Shown piece by piece: positions 1 through 12,785 of a DNA stretch of 64,000 bases (positions within the stretch are counted from its first letter, which is position 1; the number at the start of each line of letters is the position of its first letter). Origin of the DNA: Mobula hypostoma (taxonomy: Eukaryota); the NCBI RefSeq assembly GCF_963921235.1, contig NC_086101.1, positions 6,016,001-6,080,000 on the forward strand, written 5' to 3'. The position numbers and the translations under genes are program-made. Under the pieces are notes generated by a model that saw only the letters and a program-made list of their open reading frames with translations, had not been told where the DNA came from and searched no databases.

Positions 1-100
1 GAGATAAGGGCTACACCAGCCCAGGCATCTCACTCACCACCATCCAGGGTCCAAAGCACTAGTTCCAGGTGTGGTGAAAATTCACCTGTGAGTCTGCCAG
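1..100 (+). mobile_element. Penelope-like fragment
   Basis: TTIQGPK..FQV..FTCES, same region as 6200-6250 (-). Confidence 0.6.
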
Positions 101-562
101 CAGACTGCCCTTGAAAACGTGAAAATGAACAAGTTCAGCTGATACAGTCCGTGTGGTCTCATCCATTTAAATTAATACCTAACACAAATGTTAAATAGTG
201 TTTACTGAGGTCAGAATTCCATTAACAGGTGGTGATTGAATAATGAACACTACTATCAGTGCAACTTTCTATCCCAATGTCTACACACAGAGTGAAAATC
301 CTCACTGACCCATCAGTTTGCTCTCTCTCCTGCCCCTTTGTCTCCCAGAATCCTGCATTATGCTCCTGTCTCTGCCGCTGCTCCCAGGTTGGTGAAGGTA
401 TCTAACATCGGAATTTGTTCATTCTCTCTCCTCCAATTTCCCTTTACCCTGGAAAACAGTTCTAGCTGATTAACATATCAGCCGATCCTTCATGGTCATG
501 GAGTGCAAATCTCACTGCCGAGCAGCAACTTGGGAACTGCCTTACCATACAGTAAATGCTGG

Positions 563-1430
563 TTGTGCTGGGGTGACCACATTCCCTACTCTCTCTATAC
601 CCATGACTGTGTGGCTAGGCATCGCTCAAATACCATCTATGAATTTGCTGACAATACAAACGTCATTGGTAGAATCTTAGATGGAGATGAGAGGCATACA
701 GGACTGAGATATGCCAACTAGTGGAGTGGTGTCACAGCAACAACCTGGCACTCAACGTCAGTAAGACGAAAGAGCTGATTGTGGACTTGAGGAAGGGTAA
801 GACAAAGGGACACATACCAATCCTCACAGAGAGATGGGAAGTGGAGAGAGTGAGCAGTTTCAAGTTCCTGGGTGTCAAGATCTCTAAGGATCTAACCTGG
901 TCCCAACATATCAATGTAGTTATAAAGAAGACAAGACAGTGACTATACTTCATTAGGAGTTTGACGTGATTTGGTATGTCAACAAATACACTCAAAAACT
1001 TCTATAGTTGTTCCGTGGAGAGCATTCTGACAGGCTGCATCACCGTCTGGTATTGGCAGGGGCGGGGCGGGCGGTACTGCACAGGACCAAAAGAAGCTGC
1101 AGAGGGTTGTAAATCTAGTCAGCTCCATCTTGGGTACTAGCTTACAAAATACCCAGGACATCTTCAAGGATCGGTGTCTCAGAAAGGCAGCGTCTATTAT
1201 TAAGGGCCTCCAGCACCCAGGGCATGCCCTTTTCTCACTGTTACCATCAGGAAGGAGGTACAGAAGCCTGAAGGCACACACTCAGCAATTCAGGAACAGC
1301 TTCTTCCTCTCTGCCATCCGATTCCTAAATGGACATTGAATGTTTGGACACTACCTCACCTTTTTATAATATGCAGTATCTGTTTTTGCACATTTTAAAA
1401 ATCTATTTAATATACAGAATTGATTTACTT
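563..1430 (+). mobile_element. Rex1/Babar-type LINE RT 3' fragment
   Basis: YSLYTHDC, EFADNT, WCHSNNLALNVSKTKELIVD, FKFLGV, HPGHALFSLLPSGRRYRS. Confidence 0.88.
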
Positions 1431-1611
1431 ATTCATGGTCTTCTGCATTCACAGCTTCCATCACTCCACCGCTGGCGTTCCTACTCTCAGACCCTGGTTA
1501 GATCCCAAGTCCTGGAATTCCATCCATTAACCATACCGCTTCTGCATCCTCTGGAAACTGATTCTCTTTATCTTCTGAGCATCTCGAGAACAGTATCACT
1601 GGGTCCCTCCT

Positions 1612-2035
1612 GTAACTAATAAAGTGGCCGCAGAGTGTATGTTCATGGTCTTCTGCTGCTGTAGCCCGTCCACTTCAAGCTTTGACGTGTTATACATTCA
1701 GAGATGCTCTTCTGCACACTGCTGTTGTAACGTGGTTATCTTAGTTACTGTCACCTTCCTGTCAGCTTGAACCAGTCTGCAAGTCTCCTCTACCTCTCTC
1801 ATTAACAAGGTGTTCCTCTCACAGAACCTGGCACCATTCTCTGTAAACTTTAGAGATTGTTGTGCATGAAAATCTGAGAAGATCAGCATTTTCTGAGACA
1901 CTCTGTCCCGTCTGACAGCAACAATCATTCCATATTTAAAGGTACTTGGATCACATTCCTTCCCCATTCTGATCTTTGATCTGAACAACTGAATTTTTTG
2001 ACCATGTGTGCATGCATTTTAAACTAGAGTTGCAG
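1612..2035 (-). mobile_element. Tc1-like DNA transposon relic
   Basis: MGKECDPSTFKYGMIVAVRR...RLVQADRKVTVTKITT (Tc1 transposase N-terminus); TAATAAAGTGGCC motif. Confidence 0.78.
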
Positions 2036-2164
2036 AGGATGGGAACCAGTGGGCCAGAACAGTTCATGGAGAGGTGCTGGAGACAGATGTTATAAGACCT
2101 CAGACAATGACAGAAACAAAGTAAGTTCTGAGATATGAAACTTTTATGTGCCTGTTATAAAGCA

Positions 2165-2800
2165 GGGAGGAGGAGATGGCGACACGACGCAGCACGCGTG
2201 GCCGTTCCGAATGAATATCGAATGTGTTAACTAGGGAGCCATGCACAATCCGGATTTGATGAAGGTAGCTGTGAGAAGCACAGAGGAACATCTGGGGTAA
2301 CTTTTGAAATGCCTGCTTCGCTGCCGCTGCTACTGTGCGATCGAGAATCTCCGGAGACGAAGGCCCCAAATCCTCGGCTTTGTGTATCGCCTGTTGCCGG
2401 GGCCAGGGTCAAAACGCTCGGCAGAGATGGTGCTCGGTGTCAAAGAGGTGGTCGAAGGCTAGGAGTTTTCGGATGGACTCGGAGTCGGACTGTGGTCGGA
2501 TGCTTCCAAGATGCTGCACCAGCAAGCTTGCGGCGCTGGAGGTTTACCGTCTGCATGAGATGATGGGACTTTCAAGAGACTCTGAGACTTTTACTGAGCC
2601 ATGGTCTGTTCTTATCAAATTACGGTATTGCTTTGCACTGTTGTAACTATATGTTATAATTATGTGGTTTTTTTTAGTTTTTAAGTCGGTTTGTCATGTG
2701 TTTTCGTGATATCATTCTGAAAAAACATTTAATCATTTCTTAATGCATGCATTACTAAATGACAATAAAAGGGGACTGTGTGTCCTCATAATCGTAATCA
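2165..2800 (+). mobile_element. non-coding CpG-rich interspersed retroposon-like repeat, copy 1
   Basis: starts GGAGATGGCG, ends AATAAA...CCTCATAATC; colinear with 41995-42800. Confidence 0.75.
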
Positions 2801-2806
2801 TAATAT

Positions 2807-3240
2807 TGTTGCATAACTCATGGATATCTTGTGATTGTCTTACAAGGATGATGTAATGGTCTTGCGGAGGACACATGATGTAATTTGCCCGCCGATGTGA
2901 GGTCACATGATGACCCGTTCTCACCAGGTATATAAGTGTAAACCCCTGGTGACGCAGTTAGTTTTCAGTTAGGTACAGAAGTGTTGGGCCGGTAGTTTCA
3001 CCAATAGCTGCCAGATTTGTTGATGTAACTTTTCAGTAATATTGAAGAGTGAAGACGGGAACCTGAAGGAATCGTTTGGCGGTTTTGGAGAGAATCGACC
3101 ATTATTGAATTTGTTCAAGTAAGAGTGATCTGCATGAGATAACCTCTGCTAAAAGAAGCAGAAAAAGGTGTGCAGTATCTAGTCTATTCTACAGAGAAAA
3201 AGGTCAGTGCCTTTAAACCGTTTTATTTCCTTCGTTCTTT
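2807..3240 (+). mobile_element. possible solo/partial LTR
   Basis: begins TGTTG, has GGTATATAAG and short ATGATG repeats; no 3' end or TSD found. Confidence 0.35.
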
Positions 3241-3499
3241 GTCCATCCTGTCTGATATTTCCTCAAAGAATTGCAAAAGATTTGTCAGAAACTTTTCCAA
3301 GTTGTTTGCCAGAATATTGTTGCCTCTCATGTTCAGGTGTAACCTCTCCTTTCCATCCCGCATGATGCAGAGTCACATAACCACAATTCTACTGTTTGCA
3401 TCTGTAGTTCCTGTCAGCTCACTCCTTCCCCCACAAACTTTTTCATGTTAACACTATACCTCCCGCTACACAAAGTTTCACTAGATAGTGTGTTCTTTG

Positions 3500-4245
3500 G
3501 CAACATCAAGGGGACTAGAACTAGAACTCATGGATTAAGGGTTAAGGATGAAAGTTGAAAAGTTTAAAGGGAATATGAAAGGGAACCTTTTAACTCAGTG
3601 TCTTGAGGATGTGGATCAAACTGCCAGCACAAGCGGTCCCTGTGGCTTGATTTTAATGTTTAAGAGAAGTTTGGGTAGGTACATGGATGGAATGGATGGA
3701 AGGAACATCGAGGGCTATGGTCTGCGTGCAGGTTCCTAGGAGTAGGCAGTTTAAATGGACTAGATGGGATGAGGGGCCTGGTTCTGTGCTGTACTTTTCT
3801 ATGACTGTAATTTCTATCAACCACTTAATTAGATGGGGTAGACTTGTATTATATTCTGTGTTCACAGTGTGATCCTCTCTACACTGGGGAAACCAAACAC
3901 AGGATATAAAATCATGACAGACACAGATAAGTTAGATGGTTGCATTCTTTTCCCGAGAATAAAGGTGTCTAAAATTAGAACACACACCCAAAACCTCAGA
4001 GGGGATAGAGCTCCCTCTACCGATAAAAGGAAATATTTTCATTCTGACCTTGTTGGTATAGTAAACCTATAGACAGAGTAGGTGTAAAGATAGGTATAAT
4101 AACAATATTTAAAGGATATTTAGACAAGCATATGGATGAGACATTTCAGCCAAGTACAGGCCAATAGGACAAAGTCAGAAAGACAACTTTGCCAAACAGG
4201 TTGTGCCAGAGGACATATTATTCTTTTGTATAGTCCAATGACTGT
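3500..4245 (+). mobile_element. two old CR1 3' fragments (similar ones at 7955-8160, 12040-12200, 13270-13570, 23880-24250, 31630-32010, 32300-32640)
   Basis: KFKGNMKGNLLTQ, FKRSLGRYMD and CR1 3' UTR motifs. Confidence 0.7.
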
Positions 4246-4251
4246 GTAGAG

Positions 4252-4331
4252 CAGAAGTTCCCAACCTTATTTATGCCATGGACCCCAACCTTTAACTGAG
4301 TGGTCCATGGACTCCAGGTTGGAAAGCCCTG
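4252..4331. mobile_element. 80-bp hAT (Charlie-type) MITE
   Basis: imperfect TIRs CAGAAGTTCCCAACCT...AGGTTGGAAAGCCCTG; 8-bp TSD GTGTAGAG/GTGTAGAA. Confidence 0.72.
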
Positions 4332-5557
4332 GTGTAGAATGATGACGCTGCAAAAAGTCTCTATCTATCTGAGTGTGTGAGCATTAAAATTCCAGTCACT
4401 GGAATACCTCACCACAGTCCCACATGGACCCATCTGTTTTCCACATCCTGCATTGTGCAATGTACAGTATATTGAGAGACTGCCCTCATCATTAACAGTG
4501 CATTACACCCATCAGTGATTTAACATTGCAAGATTCACAATGGCCTCTCCCTCCAAAGCTCTATCTGTTTGTCTCAATTCATTTCATTTATCTTTCCTGC
4601 CTCCATTTGCTGCTTTTAAATATATTGTAGCATTAATGAGCATTGTCTACAGCCTGTCAAAGATATTCCGTCTTCTCTCAGCTTTCTCTTCTCTGCAAAT
4701 CAAAACAAGTTTGTCATCGTCCTTTTCTGGCTCTGATGAAAGGTTCCTTATGTGTAACGTTGACCCTGTTTTCCCCACATTTGTTACCTGACCAGTGGGG
4801 ATGCTTCAGGATTTCTATTTTATATTACAATGTAGGGTGCCAACCCTGCTCAGCTAAAAACCACTGGAAAACAGAAAATGATGGAAACAGCAAATGGAAA
4901 AGGGCAAAAGTAGTTGACATTTCATGTCAAAGAATTGTGGAATAGTGAAAATAAGTTAGCATTAAATTGCAGAAAAGCTTGAGGAGAGCTGGATTAGACA
5001 AAAAGAATTTCGGTAATGAGGTGAGATCAGAGTTGTCATTGAGATAAGTCGTGTAGTATGACTAGTCAAAGGGTTAATGGGAACATGTAGAAGAAGGGAA
5101 ATGAAACCAAATTCTAACAAATAACAAATACAGCCAAAGGGATGGACAGAAATCCTACCGGAGGTTGGACATGAATAAACCAATAGAGACAGACCAAGAT
5201 ATCAAAATCCATTCTCCATTCCTCACTCTCTCCCCACATTAATTTCTCCTACCTGTAGAATGAATGGCACAACTTGCAGCCAACCTGCCTCACAGACAGA
5301 TGCCGGTAACATAACTGTACTGCAATGTTACCTCAGCACATTTGCCTGCAAAGAGCAGATCAGACCAAATCTGGGGAAGTTCTGCAGAACCTGTCAGTTC
5401 CCAATCAACAGTGAAATTTGTGGAAGGTGCTAGCAGATCTAACAGCACCGCTGGTACATCGTAGACCCTGCTTACTAAAGCTTAATTGAGGTTTAATCAG
5501 AAAAGCCTGTTCCAGATTTCATTTAGCTTTGGTCCAAACTAAACAACATTGTTGGAT

Positions 5558-6760
5558 GCAACACACACAACGTGCTGGAGGAACACAGTAGGTCAGGCAG
5601 GGTCAACAGAAAAGAGCAAACTGTCAACGTTTTGGCCCAAAACCATTCTCCCAGACTGAGAGGCAAAGGGAGAGGTGTCTGAATTAAATTGTTAAGGGAG
5701 GGAAAGAGGCCGGCTGGAAGGTGATAGGTGAACCCAGGTGGATGGGACAGGTCAAGGCCTGGAAAAGAAACAATATGGCAAAAGAGGAGAGTGGACAAGA
5801 AATTGGGAAGGAGGAGGGGACCAATAGGGAAGTGATAGGCAGCTGAGAAGAAGAAGAAGGTCAGAGTGAAGAACAGATGGGGGTGGGGAGGGGAGTTTTG
5901 TTCACAGGAAGGAGAAATTGATATTCATACCATCAATTTGCATAGTACCCAGATGGAATAGAAGGTGTTGCTCCTCCACCCTGAGGACGGCCTCATCTTG
6001 GCACAAGAGCAGGCCATGGATCAACACGTCAGCATGGGAATGGGAAATGGAATTAAAATGTTTGGCCACTGGGAAGTCCCACTTGTGGCAGATGGTGAGG
6101 AGATGCTCGATGAAGTGGACCCCAATTTCTGATGGGTCTCACCAATGTAGAGGATGCCGCATTGGGAGCACCAGACACAGTAGATTCACAGCAGATTCAC
6201 AGGTGAACTGTTGCCTCACCTGGAGGGAGCCTTTGGGGCCTGAATGGAAGTGAGGGAGCAGGTACATGGGCTGGTGTAAGCACTTTGGCCACTTGCAGGG
6301 ATAAGCAACTGGAGGGAGATGTGGGGAGGGACAAATGAACAAGGGAATCACAGAGGGAGTGATCTCTATGGAAATTGTGGGGAGGGGGACATAAGATATG
6401 TTTAGCGGTAGGGTTCCTTTGGAGATGGTGAAAGTTGCAGAGGATAATGTGTTGGATGTGGGGGCTCATGGAGTGGTAGGACAAGTGGGACATTATGATT
6501 GCTGAGAAGATGGAGTGAGTGCAGATGTACAGGAAATAGAGGAGGTGTGGATGAGGGCAACACAAATAGCAGAGGGAGCGAAACCCCATTCTTTACAGAA
6601 GGAGGACAGCTCTGATGATCTGGAATGGAAAAAAATGAGAACAGATGTGGTGGAGGCAAAGAAACTGATAAAAGGAAATAGCATTTTAACAGGAGATAGG
6701 GTAGAAAGAAATACAGTCCAGGTAACTTTGGGAATCAGTAGATTTATAAAATATGTCACT
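5558..6760 (-). mobile_element. Penelope-like retroelement (RT C-terminus/GIY-YIG and terminal repeat), decayed
   Basis: HIQHIILCNFHHLQRNPT, FHRDHSLCDSLVH, GPKGSLQVRQQFTCES; ends with the family terminal motif CCTGCTGxGTTCCTCCAGCA. Confidence 0.8.
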
Positions 6761-9700
6761 TAACCAGCCCCACAATATCCCCCTCAGTGCAATTTCCTGG
6801 ACCAGCTGTCTTAAGATCACAGGAAAATGGAAGAGGGGCAGGCTACAGATATTTCAATCCTGCCTCACCATTTAATGGATTATGGCTGGTCTCCATGATC
6901 CTTTTGAACCTTTTCTTCCTACACTCCATTTCTCAATCTAGCAAAATTTTATCTACCTTCACTTTAAGTACATCTCCTGAAGAGATGGCTTCCACACACA
7001 CTGTGTAGGGAACTGCAGACAGCGTCCTCATCACTGACCTTCCTTCCATCAGAAATGAGATGTGCAATGACATCCACAGATTGTTCAGTTTTATTAAAAG
7101 CTCCTCCTAGAAGAGCCAGACATTGCCTACATGCAGCAAGACCCAGATAATATTCCTGCAGAGGCTGATAAGAGGCAATTCTCAGCCAAGTCACAAAAGT
7201 AGCTGTATTAACATCTCCAAAAGGACAAAGTCTAACAATCTACCTTTCACTTTAAACAATGTTGTTCTCAGTGAGCCCTCCACCATTAACATGCTGAGTG
7301 ACGATCTTTGACCAGAAATGTTACTGGATCAGACACGTGACTGAAGGGCAAGTTGGAGTTGAGGTATCCAGTGTTGAGTGAATCATCTCCTGATTTATCA
7401 GCATCCTGAGCATATCCTTCCTGCTCAAGGTGGCCACATGGCAATGAAGACTTCACAGTGAATAGTGGCATTGACAGTGATTCCAGTGCCCCATCAATAT
7501 GAGACATGCCTGCACATTTCCTGGACTACAAGACTGCACAGTAAATTTACCGCCCTAGATAACAGAGAACGATTCATTGTCTGGCTCTTAAATTCAATTT
7601 GTTTATAAAGATCTTTTCTGAACTTCAGTACTGAATGGTGCAACTCTGTATAATTCTGTCTTTTTCACGAGAGGAAGTATTTAAACTTCGTCACGTATTA
7701 CTCTTGTGAATCATTTGATATAAAAGGTTCAGTTCTTTTGTAGAAATGAGCAGGTTGACAAACCAACTCACCTCCGACCGGTGGATGTGCAAACACTGTA
7801 GTGCTGCCAATCCTGAGACATCCTTGCCACTCTCAGACTGATTGTGTGTCAGGATTGGACTGAATAGGGCCAGGCCTCCCACCGTTTCCCCGCAGTGACG
7901 CAGAGTTCCGGACATTGAACCAGTTTTGGTTTTGGTTTCAAGGGAGTTTATAGTCACAGAGTCATAGAAAAGTACAGACAGAAACAGGCACTTCAGCCCA
8001 TCTGATCTGTGCTAAGCCATTTAAACTGCTTACTCCCAAACCTGCACCAGGACCATAACCCACCACACCCCTACCATCCATGTACTTATCCAAACTTTTC
8101 TTAAACGTTGAATTCGAGCTCACAGGCATCATTTGTGCTGGCAACTCATTTAACACTCAGATGGGTAAGTTTCATGCTGTTTACATTTGTGAAATTAAAA
8201 GAGTTGATTAAATGGAGTTAATTCTTCTCATAAAAGCCTATAGATGTATGGAATTGTTTGATTGTTATTTAGTCTGAATATAATTATTTCATGAGTTTTT
8301 CATACTTGTAAATTATGCTTTTAACTGTTTTGCTTCGTATTTATGATTGTCAGAAAAATTGTCAAACAGTTCAAGCTCACTGCCGTCTTTGACGCCAGGT
8401 ATCAGATATAAAATTACTCAAGCAGGGAGCAAAATATTATTTAGTGGCTAAAGAAACAATTAAATGCTTTTTCATCCATAGAGCTGAAAGTGTTCTCATT
8501 CAGGAAACACGCTAGTTAATTGAATAATGAGTAATTAGTAATATATTAATTGGAAGCCAAAATTTCAAGAGGGAAGAATTGGAGGTAATGTCCCTTTACC
8601 AGATTCACCACAACATATCTAAAGCTTAAACTCCTCTGTGCATCCATTCTGGAGAAACATTAATATTAGCATTCACTTTCTACCTGATATAGACATCCGA
8701 TACTGCAGTTACAACTGGAAGATGGCCGAAGCAGTACTGTTGAGTTGGTATCTTGGCCTTGGGTTCTGTTTTTCTATCCCTGAGGTCAACAGTTGTTGTC
8801 TGAAATAACCCTGGTTAAGAATCAGGGACACTAACTGATGCTCTGGGCCTGCAGCTGTGAATGTTACGCCCACCAGGAAAGCATTTACTGCTTTGGGTGC
8901 AGGGGCCAACATAAAGAAGACTGACAACAAAATACTCCCCACCTCCTTTAGTTGGATAATCAGTCAGCAGCTCACCGTGAGCCTGATTGTCCCATCACTG
9001 GGGCCCATCCCCAACCCCAGAGTCCTCAGAGTACTCTTGCCACCGAGAATATTCATATCTTGTGGAAATATAATAGTCAACACGGGGCACGGGCTATGTT
9101 CCCATGCCATGCTGCTCTGTTAGTAACCATCTCTGTCCCTGCTGCAACATCATCCATTTGGGGATTATAAGGAAAATCAACAGTTTTTATAAATAAAATC
9201 CAGTCTCTCGCAAACAAAGCCCTTCACCAGGAGGATGTTAATGATTCCCACCTTGTGCTTCTGTTGAGTTCAGTGCTGAACATCTTCCAGCTCGTGGACA
9301 CCCCACATTCATGAATTTAAAAGTTATTCAACGTCCCTGAAACATTAAACACACTATTAGCAAGTTCGTGAAATTCAAAAACATTTATAGATATTTAAAT
9401 TCATACAGTTAACTCAAACTGTATGCATTGAACCTTACCTCTCAAGATGAACAGAATCATTGAATCTCTACAAGCTCTAAACTGCTGCAGGTTCACTGGA
9501 GCCTTTCCTGCTGTTGCTGCTGGGAAAAAGTGGGAAGTTGGTGAATGACTGCTGGATGCCATGAGGGTGAAAGTTTGGAGCCGAGTGGGAATGACACAGC
9601 TGAGGGCCTCAGTGAACTCAGGGCTTCGAGCAATGTAGTCACAGTTTAACACAAAATAGAAATGTGCCCTTCAGCCATCTCCTCTTTGCCGGCTATGGAG

Positions 9701-10069
9701 CCAACAAACTTGTCCCATTTTCCATATTTGGCTCATATCCTTCCAAAGCTCTCCTATCCATGTCCAAACAGGGGTGGACAAACTGTGGTCAAACAGGGGA
9801 GAATTAATGCCCAGTCACTGTGAAAGTTCTCTGCTTTCCTGAAAAAGATTTGTTCCAGACCCTGGTCCTCATGACAAGGTCCCCACAGTCCCCATGACAA
9901 TTTCTTTCCTCACCTCCACCCATTCCATCTGTCCATTACCCCAATACCCATCCTACTATGTCCCATCATCCCACTCTTCCTGTTTCCCTGCCCACCTCCC
10001 ACTGTGGTTCCATGCTCCAGGTTCCTCTCCCATCAGACTACACTACCTGCAGACCTGTGTCACCTCCAC

Positions 10070-11868
10070 ATATCACCTCTCAGACTCTCTCCTCTCCCAA
10101 TCTCCTGGCAACATTTCTCAGCCGGATCCAACTCTCACCTCCCAGACTCTCTCCTCTCCCATTCTCCTGTCAACATTCCTCAGCTGGATCCACCTATCAC
10201 CTCCCAGCCTCTCTCCTCTCCCATTCTCCTGGCAACATTCCTCAGCCGGATCCATCTCTCACCTCCCAGACTCTCTCCTCTCCCATTCTCCTGTCAACAT
10301 TCCTCAGCTGGGTCCACATATCACCTCCCAGCCTCTCTCCTCTCCCATTCTCCTGGCAACATTCCTCAGCCGGATCCATCTCTCACCTCCCAGACTCTCT
10401 CCTCTCCCATTCTCCTGTCAACATTCCTCAGCTGGGTCCACATATCACCTCCCAGACTCTCTCCTCTCCCATTCTCCTGGCAACATTCCTCAGCTGGATC
10501 CACATATCACCTCCCAGCCTCTCTCCTCTCCCATTCTCCTGTCAACATTCCTCAGCTGGATCCACCTCTCACCTCCCAGACTCTCTCCTCTCCCATTCTC
10601 CTGTCAACATTCCTCACCTGGATCCACCTATCACCTCCCAGACTCTCTCCTCTCCCATTCTCCTGCCAACATTCCTAACTGGATCCACCTATCACCTCCC
10701 AGCCTCTCTCCTCTCCCATTCTCCTGTCAACATTCCTCAGCTGGATCCAACTATCACCTCCCAGCCGCTCTCCTCTCCCATTCTCCTGTCAACATTCCTC
10801 AGCTGGATTCACATATCACCTCCCAGACTCTCTCCTCTCCTATTCTCCGGCCAACATTCCTAACTGGATCCACCTATCACCTCCCAACCTCTCTCCTCTC
10901 CCATTCTCCTGTCAACATTCCTCAGCTGGATCCACATATCACCTCCCAGCCTCTCTCCTCTCCTATTCTCCGGCCAACATTCCTAACTGGATCCACCTAT
11001 CACCTCCCAGCCTCTCTCCTCTCCCATTCTCCTGTCAACATTCCTCAGCTGGATCCACCTATCGCCTTCCAGCCCCTCTCCTCTCTCATTCTCCTGTCAA
11101 TATTCCTCAGCTGGATTCACATATCACCTCCCAGACTCTCTCCTCTCCTATTCTCCTGCCAACATTCCTAACTGGATCCACCTATCACCTCCCAACCTCT
11201 CTCCTCTCCCATTCTCCTGTCAACATTCCTCAGCTGGATCCACATATCACCTCCCAGCCTCTCTCCTCTCCTATTCTCCGGCCAACATTCCTAACTGGAT
11301 CCACCTATCACCTCCCAGCCTCTCTCCTCTCCCATTCTCCTGTCAACATTCCTCAGCTGGATCCACCTATCGCCTTCCAGCCCCTCTCCTCTCTCATTCT
11401 CCTGTCAATATTCCTCAGCTGGATCCACATATCACCTCCCAGCCTCTCTCCTCTCTCATTCTCCTATCAACATTCCTCAGCTGGATCCACATATCACCTC
11501 CCAGACTCTCTCTTCTCCTATTCTCCTGCCAACATTCCTAACTGGATCCACTTATCACCTCCCAGCCTCTCTCCTCTCCCATTCTCCTGCCAACATTCCT
11601 AACTGGATCCACTTATCACCTCCCAGCCTCTCTCCTCTCCCATTCTCCTGTCAACATTCCTCAGCTGGATCCACATATCACCTCCCAGCCGCTCTCCTCT
11701 CTCATTCTCCTGTCAATATTCCTCAGCTGGATCCACATATCACCTCCCAGCCTCTCTCCTCTCCCATTCTCCTGTCAACAGTCCTCAGCTGGATCCACCT
11801 ATCGCCTTCCAGCCCCTCTCCTCTCCCATTCTCCTGTCAATATTCCTCAGGTGGATCCACCTATCACT
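10070..11868. repeat. 62-bp-unit pyrimidine-rich minisatellite, about 29 copies
   Basis: unit ~CTCCTGTCAACATTCCTCAGCTGGATCCACCTATCACCTCCCAGCCTCTCTCCTCTCCCATT; period 62 (10141, 10203, 10265) with 61-bp variants. Confidence 0.97.
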
Positions 11869-12300
11869 TCCGTGCTTTAGCTCTTCCATTTCCCCTCAGC
11901 TCGTTATATTGGCACGTTTTTTCTAATCACTATGTGTAATGGAAATCATTACTGTAAAGGAAATCTATATCTCTCCTTACTGCCGGCTGTGTTTCCCGTG
12001 TTCTGCTTTGTGGAATTTGCTTTGCACGCTAAGTCATAGACGTTCATAGATAGAGAGTGGAACATGCCATTCGACTCATCTAGTCTGTGCTGAACTGCTC
12101 TGCCTACCCCTTTGATCTGCACCTGGACCATAGCTCTCCCATTCTTGTACTAATATAAACTTATTTTAAATGCTGAAATCAAGCGTGCATCCACCACTTC
12201 TACTCTATCACGTCCGCTTTTTTTGCGTGTACTGCATGGCCGGAGGTGCATGCGAGCTGGGGGAAAGACCACTTGAAGGAATAATTTGAGTCGGTGTGTT

Positions 12301-12355
12301 GATTGGTCCTGTAGTTCCGGGTAGTGCAAAGAAGACAGGAACAGAAAGTGAAAGC
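12301..12355 (+). promoter_or_regulatory. putative TRIM proximal promoter with IRF-E/ISRE
   Basis: GAAAGTGAAAGC at 12344-12355 (IRF consensus GAAANNGAAA), inverted CCAAT (GATTGG) at 12301, ETS-like TTCCGG at 12315; locally CpG-rich. Confidence 0.6.
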
Positions 12356-12419
12356 CAGCGTTTTTCGCTCTTCGGGCACCAATTTAGTTGGTCACTGAGA
12401 ACTCAGTGAGTCCTTGGAT

Positions 12420-12785
12420 ATGGAAGATCATCTGTCTTGTGCTGTGTGTCATAATCTGTTCCAAGATCCTGTCTTAATCGACTGTGATCACAGCTTCTGC
12501 CGATCCTGTATTACTCAGTACTGGAAGCGACCCGGAACAGCGGCTTGTCCCCTATGTAGGAGAGAGACTTCCTCCAAAATTCTGAGGCCAAATCGCACCC
12601 TCGCCGGCATCGTAGAGTCGTTTGCGAAACGGGAGACAACTCAGCAGGAATGCAACCGCCACAAGGAGACTCTGACCCTGTTTTGTCAGACCGACAAGCA
12701 GCCCCTCTGTGTGCTCTGTCAGCATTCAAAGAATCATCGTGGCCACAAGCTGTTGCTGCTGGAAGAGGCCGTGCAGGAGTTCAAG
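12420..12785 (+). CDS. TRIM exon 1: C3HC4 RING + B-box2
   Basis: MEDHLSCAVC...CDHSFCRSC...CPLCR then CNRHKETLTLFCQTDKQPLCVLCQHSKNHRGH; donor AAG|GTGAG at 12786, phase 0. Start codon not certain. Confidence 0.93.

Noticed and set aside
6960..9660. Short ORFs and a - strand donor (GAG|GTAAGG near 9438) in less repetitive sequence
   Set aside because: No recognisable domain or consistent exon chain; 7200-7500 looks like an ancient LINE remnant
9894..11171. 425/301/224-aa Ser/Pro/Leu-rich ORFs in all three + frames
   Set aside because: By-product of a stop-poor 62-bp tandem repeat; the unit is not a multiple of 3 and the same peptides rotate through the frames
10070..11868. CRISPR-like array
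   Set aside because: Units are head-to-tail with no unique spacers, no cas genes, vertebrate context
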